Shown here in pieces: positions 58,037 through 64,000 of a stretch of 64,000 bases of DNA. Position 1 is the first letter of the stretch, and the number at the start of each line of letters is the position of its first letter. The stretch lies in IMG/VR virus record IMGVR_UViG_3300046819_000361; one strand, given 5' to 3'. Below the pieces are notes generated by a model that saw only the letters and a list, made by a program, of their open reading frames with translations, searched no databases and was not told where the DNA came from. A program made the position numbers and the translations under genes. The stretch is from a virus. Its lineage: Duplodnaviria > Caudoviricetes.

Positions 58037-58066
58037 TAAAAAAAGCCCACAAATTTGTGGGCTTTA
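58037..58066 (-). terminator. Intrinsic terminator
   Basis: AAAGCCCACA/UGUGGGCUUUUUUU. Confidence 0.75.
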
Positions 58067-58091
58067 TATGTACTAAAGTGAAAGTTATTGC

Positions 58092-58541
58092 TTAAGAGAA
58101 AGCAATAGAAGCACCAGTCCAAACACCTTCGGTGATAGCAACAGCGCCGTCGTATTTGTCTGCACTGTCAACACCTTTGATAGCTGCCAAGATTGCAGCT
58201 TCTGCATCACCCCATGTTGGAGGAACAGTTACTTCATTTGTATTGACATCTGAATCATTTGCAGTATTATCAGCAATCAATGCAACGAATGCAGTTGAGC
58301 TAGGCGCATAAATTGCATAGATTTCGGCATTTAATTGTAATGCACGTACTGCAGCTGAATAATAACTATTAGAATCGGTATAAGCACCAGTTGCACCAGA
58401 TTGTTTTGTCAAATCTTTGTCATTGCTGCCACTGTTGGTAATAGTTACAGAAATAGTACGTAATTTACGTGTACCGAATTGTGTGCTTGGGCTAGTTTTT
58501 ACGTAGTTAGCAGCTACGATTGTATTTAATAATGAAGGCAT
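58092..58541 (-). CDS. Probable virion structural protein
   Basis: AGGAGA SD, Ala/Thr-rich, own terminator. Confidence 0.6.
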   Translation of the reverse strand: MPSLLNTIVAANYVKTSPSTQFGTRKLRTISVTITNSGSNDKDLTKQSGATGAYTDSNSYYSAAVRALQLNAEIYAIYAPSSTAFVALIADNTANDSDVNTNEVTVPPTWGDAEAAILAAIKGVDSADKYDGAVAITEGVWTGASIAFS

Positions 58542-58628
58542 AATCTTTCTCCTTGTATGCTTTTCACCCACCACTCCGTGGGTTTGTAATATTATTTATC
58601 TTTTTGCTAAAAAATGTGGTTTAAATGG

Positions 58629-58880
58629 TTACTTGTTAGAGTTACTTAATTTTTTAATTCCACGTTTAAATTTGCTATTATCACCAGATTTTATACTATT
58701 AATAAAACGCCTCTCTAAATCGATGGCAGTTTCTGGATCATAATTTTCTCTAATTAATTCAAGTATATTGATAGCACTTTGAATAATGTTTGAGCCACGA
58801 CTTTCTATAACTAAATTTGTATCTCTACTAATGCCAATTTGACTTAATTCTTCAAGAATTGAACGTGTTGATTTTTTCAT
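58629..58880 (-). CDS. Conserved phage hypothetical protein
   Basis: MKKSTRSILEEL; ERRFINSIK. Confidence 0.7.
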   Translation of the reverse strand: MKKSTRSILEELSQIGISRDTNLVIESRGSNIIQSAINILELIRENYDPETAIDLERRFINSIKSGDNSKFKRGIKKLSNSNK

Positions 58881-58989
58881 AACCTGTTTCCATATATTGT
58901 ATTTATGGACATTGTGTTAAATTGGTTGACTTTTTTCAAAAGTGTGGTATAATTCATTTCTCATATAACAGACATACACTGGAGAACTT

Positions 58990-59214
58990 ATGTCAACAAT
59001 CACAAACAAACTTCCACAAGCTGGTAAAACTGGCTACGATATTAGATCTGATATTTTAATGATGGCCAAAGAATTGGCTATTAAGGAATTTGATGCTGAA
59101 TTTAAGTATTGGGAAATTCAGCAACAAGGAATGGAACACAAGCCAGAATTCCCATCTATAGATAAAATTCTTGAAATTGCCAATCGAATGAATGAGTTTG
59201 TGGGCAAGAAATGA
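58990..59214 (+). CDS. Hypothetical protein (solitary plus-strand early gene)
   Basis: TTGACT-16-TATAAT promoter, GGAGA SD. Confidence 0.7.
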   Translation: MSTITNKLPQAGKTGYDIRSDILMMAKELAIKEFDAEFKYWEIQQQGMEHKPEFPSIDKILEIANRMNEFVGKK

Positions 59215-59219
59215 TGTTG

Positions 59220-59243
59220 AAAAGGGCTCTCGAGAGCCCTTTT
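59220..59243. terminator. Bidirectional terminator
   Basis: aaaagggctctc/gagagccctttt. Confidence 0.75.
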
Positions 59244-59651
59244 CTATTCTATTGATTCAAAGCCAAAAAATTCTGGATGTAATTTGCCCCATCTACGCAT
59301 GGATACAGCTGCCCGAGAATTTGCTTCATTTTCCTGTGGGCTACCGTCTTTGCCACTGTCATTAGTTAGCTCACCTTTAAGGTCTTGTATATAGTGGATT
59401 AGTTCATGTGTGAGAGTTCTCATGACATCTTGTATGTGACGATTGGATATCATAACGTTGATACTTTTGTCTGCTGGTCTATATCCACCGAATGAACTAT
59501 TTTTTACACTATAATCACTATTTTTTATTAAATGAATAGTTGGTAGTTCGTCTAATTCTAAATCAGTTTTTAAAAAACTTAAAAATTCTTTAAGTAGTTT
59601 TTCTGCTTGATTGTGTGATAGACTTTCGGTTAGTATTTCTCGTATTTTCAT
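59244..59651 (-). CDS. Zincin-like metallopeptidase-domain protein
   Basis: RTLTHELIH..Q, ENEAN. Confidence 0.7.
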   Translation of the reverse strand: MKIREILTESLSHNQAEKLLKEFLSFLKTDLELDELPTIHLIKNSDYSVKNSSFGGYRPADKSINVMISNRHIQDVMRTLTHELIHYIQDLKGELTNDSGKDGSPQENEANSRAAVSMRRWGKLHPEFFGFESIE

Positions 59652-59669
59652 TTGATATCCTGATAACTA

Positions 59670-59990
59670 TTATTTAGCAATCTGAGCCCGTGCTTGTTCT
59701 GCTAATAATTCTGAAACCTTTGCATTTAATGCAACGTTATCCCAGGTATTTTTAATAGCGTCATATGAAGAACCCTCCCAAACTACTAACATGCGTTGTG
59801 AAATACCACGGTTAGTTGTAGTTCCATCTGGCATTTCTTCTATTTGGAATGGTCCCATTTCTACTTCAACTTTGATTGTTTTTTCTTTGATATCTTCATG
59901 AATTGCAGTAATCAAAAATTCACTAGATGAGATATTTTCTGATAAAATGATTTCACCTGTGAAAGATTGAATATTAGTTAGATCTGTCAT
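59670..59990 (-). CDS. Hypothetical protein
   Basis: ORF with AGGA SD. Confidence 0.65.
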   Translation of the reverse strand: MTDLTNIQSFTGEIILSENISSSEFLITAIHEDIKEKTIKVEVEMGPFQIEEMPDGTTTNRGISQRMLVVWEGSSYDAIKNTWDNVALNAKVSELLAEQARAQIAK

Positions 59991-60077
59991 AATAATTCCT
60001 ATAATTGTTTGTTATGGTATTTATCCAATAAGCTAACAGCCTAATTCCAAAGTAACTAGGCTGTTGGGTATTAGGTT

Positions 60078-63000
60078 TTAATTATTTTCCAATTTTTCAA
60101 CTCTTTCAATTAATTCTTTCAATGCTTGAATTACCAATGCGACAAGTTTATCATAATATACAGTCAAATATTTTTCATCAATTGGTGCTGGGACTACAAT
60201 TTCTGGAAGTACTGCTTGTACTTCTTGTGCAGAAACACCTACTTCTCGTTTAACACTATAACCTAATTGTTGGGCGATTTCATTTGCTTCATAATAAAAC
60301 CCATTTAAATTCTTTATTTTTTCAATAGCATCTTCAATGTTTCCTAATTTAGTTTTCAAGCGTTCATCGGAATAATATGCTGTGATATTATTAGTAGCCC
60401 TAATTTCACCGGTGGTAGCTGATGCAGCAGTTCCAATACCAAGTGAATTTAATTGTACGTTGGACGCAGTTGTATAAGATGTTCCAGCAGGTCCAGTGGC
60501 ACCATTAGTTCCATTAGTTCCAGCAGGTCCAGTGGCACCATTAGTTCCATTAGTTCCAGCAGGTCCAGTGGCACCATTAGTTCCATTAGTTCCATTAGTT
60601 CCATTAGTTCCAGCAGGTCCAGTGGCACCATTAGTTCCATTAGTTCCATTAGTTCCAGCAGGTCCAGTGGCACCATTAGTTCCATTAGTTCCAGCAGGTC
60701 CAGTAGCACCACCAACACCAGCCGCCCAAGATACGGTAGATCCATTTGTCGATAAATATTTTCCATTTTGGCCAGAAACCGATGGTATACCAACTGCTTG
60801 TGTCACCCCATCTGGGAATCTTACACCGGTAGTAGTTTCAATAGTCCCATTTACTAATAATTTTGAACTGTTGACATTGGTGGTAGAGCCAATTAATACA
60901 TTACCAGAAGCATCAATTCTTAATTTTTCAGTGGGTGCCGCACCATTACTAGTTAAAAATGCTAGATAATTCGATGTATTACCACCTGAAACTATTTGTG
61001 CATATCTATTATCACTATAATCAACCGATCCGGTAATAAAAGTTAATGCAGATAATGGTGTGCCAGTTCCATTTCTATTTTGGATTATTGTGTTAGTCAC
61101 TCCATCAACATCACGTCTGATATGAACTGCACCAGCTATAGTTGAACCTATTGTTCCAATTCCTAATGTGCCTGTATAGATAGATAAAGTACCATTGCCA
61201 GCAGTCCCATTACCGGAAGTGGCCATAATTCTTGTATCATAATCTACTGTTGTAGCACCACTATTGAAATCAAGATAAGGAGATGAAGCAGTATTATCTA
61301 ATCTACCTAATGTAATACTACCACCACTATCAGTGCCGATACCAACTCTACTTGTAGCACCCCAAATTGCAGTTGAGCCAAATATATTAGTTGTAGTAGT
61401 ACCAGTACTACTGCCAATATTAATACCAGTTGTTGAACCACTTACGCCACCTGTGCCAATAGCAATATTTTTAGTTGCACCGCTAATAGTAGCACCAGTA
61501 TCAATATTAAGTGTATGGGTAGCAGTTGATTGACCAATTTGAATTAATCCAGTTTGACCTGTACCACCTAAAGTTAATGTACCTGTACTAGCTGCTGTTC
61601 CCAAAGAAGTTGTAGTTGTAGTTGCACCAACTAACGATATTGTATTAGATGCAGTTAATGTACTAATAAATGATGCACCAGCTGCAACTGACAATGAAGA
61701 TTGTAATGCAACAGGGTTATAAAAATAAGCATTGCCTCTACCAATTAATTCATTATTAAATATAGTTTTAGGATCAACTATAACATGATTACCGATAACT
61801 TTTAATGCATTAGTATTTGTTGTAAATTGATATACTCTATCAGCACTATTATCAATTAATAAGGCAATATTATTACTAATATCAATATAGATATCACTGA
61901 TATTACCAATATTAACACCACCTGCTGCAGCAATTAATCTACTATCATAGACCGCAGTTGTTATATTCCATGGTGTAGATAAATTATATTGTAATATTGC
62001 ATCTGCAACTAAACCAACAATATACATTTTAGTGCCATCGCTATTAAATTCAATACCGTTTGGTGCAGTTTCTTGAGTAGCAACTGAGAATGTATAAGTA
62101 GGAGTTGTAGCAGTAGTTGTTAAATCCCATGGTGTAGATAATGCGAATTGATAAACAGTATTATTAGTATCTCCAATAAGATGCATTTTAGTGCCATCTG
62201 GACTAAATTCTAACCCAGCTGGAACTGTATCTTGAGTAAATGTATATGAAGTTACATAACTAGCAGTAGAAATATTCCATGCAGTTGATAAATTAAACTG
62301 TTGAACTGTATCAGTAGTTGAATCATTAACAATATAAAAAGCTGTGCCATCTGGTTTAAAGAATAACGAATGTGGTGTTCCAGCAGTTGTAGTTACACTA
62401 AATGATAATCCTGAATAAACAGCAGTAGAAACATCGAATGCAGTAGATAAAGTATATTGATAGACTGTATCATTGGTTGATCCAATAATATACATTTTAG
62501 TGCCATCTGTTGACATACTTAATCCTAATGCATTGGTTTCTTGTCCAGTAATAGAAATACTATTAACATATCCCCATCCTTCAACACCACTAGTTTTAGT
62601 TAAGATTTCTTGCGTGTTAGATATTTTAAAATTACCATCTACTTCTAATTTAACACTTGGACTTGTTGTTCCTATACCAACATTACCAGTTCCTTTTGGT
62701 GTCAATAATATATTGATATTAGTATCAGACCCTTGAGCGGATAAAACCGGACTATTTCCTGTTGCAGATCCAGTTATTTGAACATAATTAACAGCAGATG
62801 TGGTATGCGATATTCTAAATTGCTCGTCTGATACATTAGATGACGTATAAAATCTAACGCTACCTCCACCCGTTGCATATAGACCAAAATTTGCCGAACC
62901 CATTGCTCCTAATTTTTGAATATTATTCGAATTGTCGCGAGAAAATAAGGTATATTGGCCCGTTGTTGTTGCATCGTCAAATTGTACCTGAGTATTAGAA

Positions 63001-64000
63001 CTTGACCCAGTTTTTATCTTAACTGAACCCGTGCCTTTAGCTGCAATATTAAAATCAATATTCGAATCACTACCCTGTGCAGATATAGTAGGACCAGAAC
63101 CAGTCGCTGCTCCAGTAACGTTAACATAATTAACAGCAGATGTGGTATGCGATACCCTTAATTGACTATTACTGCCAGCACCCCCCGTTCCAAAATTATG
63201 AACTCCCGTACCTTTAGTAACGAAGTTAAAAGTTACATTTGTATCAGAACCAGTCGCTAATAAAGTTGGCCAATTAGTAGTTGATGCGCCATTCGCTTGA
63301 ATATAGTTAACAGCAGAATCAACATTAGCCACCGAAAATTGAGTGTTAGAATTTGCCCCAGTTTTAAAATTAACAGAACCAGTGCCTTTGGTAATCAAAT
63401 CCAACCCAATATTAGTGTCCGAACCAGCAACAGAATAACTAGGAGAAGATCCTGCAACTGCACCAGTCATTTGAACCCAGTTAACTGATGATGTAGTATT
63501 AGTAAATTTAGCTTGTCTAACTGCTCCACCGTTAGTAAGTATATCTACCGATTCACTACCCTTTGAGAATATATTCATTCTAATATTCGAATCACTACCC
63601 TGTGCCGAAAAAGCAACTGGGTTATTAGTTGCAGATCCTGTTGTTTGAATGTAATTTACAGCAGAGGCTGTATGAGATACTTTAAATTGCGTATATCCAC
63701 CAAGCGTACCGATATTTACACTACCAGTACCACCAGTATGAATTTGTGCATCACTTGTTGCGTGAGAAGAACGTAAAATGGCGGTATTATTATTGGTTCC
63801 CATTGCTTGCCAGTAAGCTGTAGGAACATTTCCAGTATCAACTATGCGGAACGCTTCTCCTCCAGAAACATTGAAAGATAATGAATTACCAAGAGATTGT
63901 ATTTTTGTCGCGCTACCAATAGTTGCGTATGCAGCAGCACCAGAACCCCCACCACCAGAAAACGTTACGGTTGGTTGTTCGATATAACCGGAACCAGCAT
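60078..64000 (-). CDS. Long tail fibre with propeller-like repeats, collagen segment and S74 intramolecular chaperone (5' end beyond window)
   Basis: Frame open to window end; ~60-aa SAVNY..G repeats; DGTKMY repeats; YYSDERLK...GVSAQEV. Confidence 0.85.
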   Translation of the reverse strand, partial: AGSGYIEQPTVTFSGGGGSGAAAYATIGSATKIQSLGNSLSFNVSGGEAFRIVDTGNVPTAYWQAMGTNNNTAILRSSHATSDAQIHTGGTGSVNIGTLGGYTQFKVSHTASAVNYIQTTGSATNNPVAFSAQGSDSNIRMNIFSKGSESVDILTNGGAVRQAKFTNTTSSVNWVQMTGAVAGSSPSYSVAGSDTNIGLDLITKGTGSVNFKTGANSNTQFSVANVDSAVNYIQANGASTTNWPTLLATGSDTNVTFNFVTKGTGVHNFGTGGAGSNSQLRVSHTTSAVNYVNVTGAATGSGPTISAQGSDSNIDFNIAAKGTGSVKIKTGSSSNTQVQFDDATTTGQYTLFSRDNSNNIQKLGAMGSANFGLYATGGGSVRFYTSSNVSDEQFRISHTTSAVNYVQITGSATGNSPVLSAQGSDTNINILLTPKGTGNVGIGTTSPSVKLEVDGNFKISNTQEILTKTSGVEGWGYVNSISITGQETNALGLSMSTDGTKMYIIGSTNDTVYQYTLSTAFDVSTAVYSGLSFSVTTTAGTPHSLFFKPDGTAFYIVNDSTTDTVQQFNLSTAWNISTASYVTSYTFTQDTVPAGLEFSPDGTKMHLIGDTNNTVYQFALSTPWDLTTTATTPTYTFSVATQETAPNGIEFNSDGTKMYIVGLVADAILQYNLSTPWNITTAVYDSRLIAAAGGVNIGNISDIYIDISNNIALLIDNSADRVYQFTTNTNALKVIGNHVIVDPKTIFNNELIGRGNAYFYNPVALQSSLSVAAGASFISTLTASNTISLVGATTTTTSLGTAASTGTLTLGGTGQTGLIQIGQSTATHTLNIDTGATISGATKNIAIGTGGVSGSTTGINIGSSTGTTTTNIFGSTAIWGATSRVGIGTDSGGSITLGRLDNTASSPYLDFNSGATTVDYDTRIMATSGNGTAGNGTLSIYTGTLGIGTIGSTIAGAVHIRRDVDGVTNTIIQNRNGTGTPLSALTFITGSVDYSDNRYAQIVSGGNTSNYLAFLTSNGAAPTEKLRIDASGNVLIGSTTNVNSSKLLVNGTIETTTGVRFPDGVTQAVGIPSVSGQNGKYLSTNGSTVSWAAGVGGATGPAGTNGTNGATGPAGTNGTNGTNGATGPAGTNGTNGTNGTNGATGPAGTNGTNGATGPAGTNGTNGATGPAGTSYTTASNVQLNSLGIGTAASATTGEIRATNNITAYYSDERLKTKLGNIEDAIEKIKNLNGFYYEANEIAQQLGYSVKREVGVSAQEVQAVLPEIVVPAPIDEKYLTVYYDKLVALVIQALKELIERVEKLENN
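60481..60710. repeat. Collagen-like tandem repeat GATGPA(GTN)n
   Basis: Repeated gttccagcaggtccagtggcaccatta with variable gttccatta units. Confidence 0.9.

Noticed and set aside
60449-60969. Low-complexity ORFs over the collagen repeat
   Set aside because: Alternative frames of the tandem repeat

Overview
AT-rich segment of a large T4-like (jumbo) myophage genome, almost all on the minus strand. The host is probably a proteobacterium (OprI/Lpp-like lipoprotein, proteobacterial-type DnaK and NrdAB). 1-10.4 kb is a tRNA array of 12 tRNAs, including an amber (CUA) suppressor, interleaved with two families of unannotated structured RNAs, homing endonucleases and attenuator-like leaders. 10.7-14.3 kb is a Ter/TelA cluster, followed by a circularly permuted tmRNA. 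15-25 kb has membrane proteins, a CHASE2 nucleotide cyclase, RimK and a curli-like csgF-csgG-curlin-fecR-PA14 operon. 25-33 kb has a bilin reductase, heme oxygenase, ClpS, Hsp20 and DnaK (both with ROSE-like leaders), a helicase-methyltransferase fusion and bS21. 35-44 kb has PAAR and tail fibre genes. 44-51 kb has glutaredoxin, nrdB and an nrdA split by a GIY-YIG gene, with intein-like remnants at the break. 51-64 kb has virion/head genes and a long tail fibre. The most striking candidate new system is a translation-protection module with three parts. (i) Seven small RNAs share one conserved bulged helix (AGG..CAGCA / ..CCUG) that carries different tRNA parts: anticodon loops, a T arm, a CCA acceptor stem, or a whole permuted tRNA. 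(ii) A leader peptide containing all 20 amino acids is coupled to a terminator/antiterminator at the head of the tRNA array. (iii) An amber-codon-gated leader lies next to the suppressor tRNA. All functional readings are inferences from sequence alone; no database searches were run.
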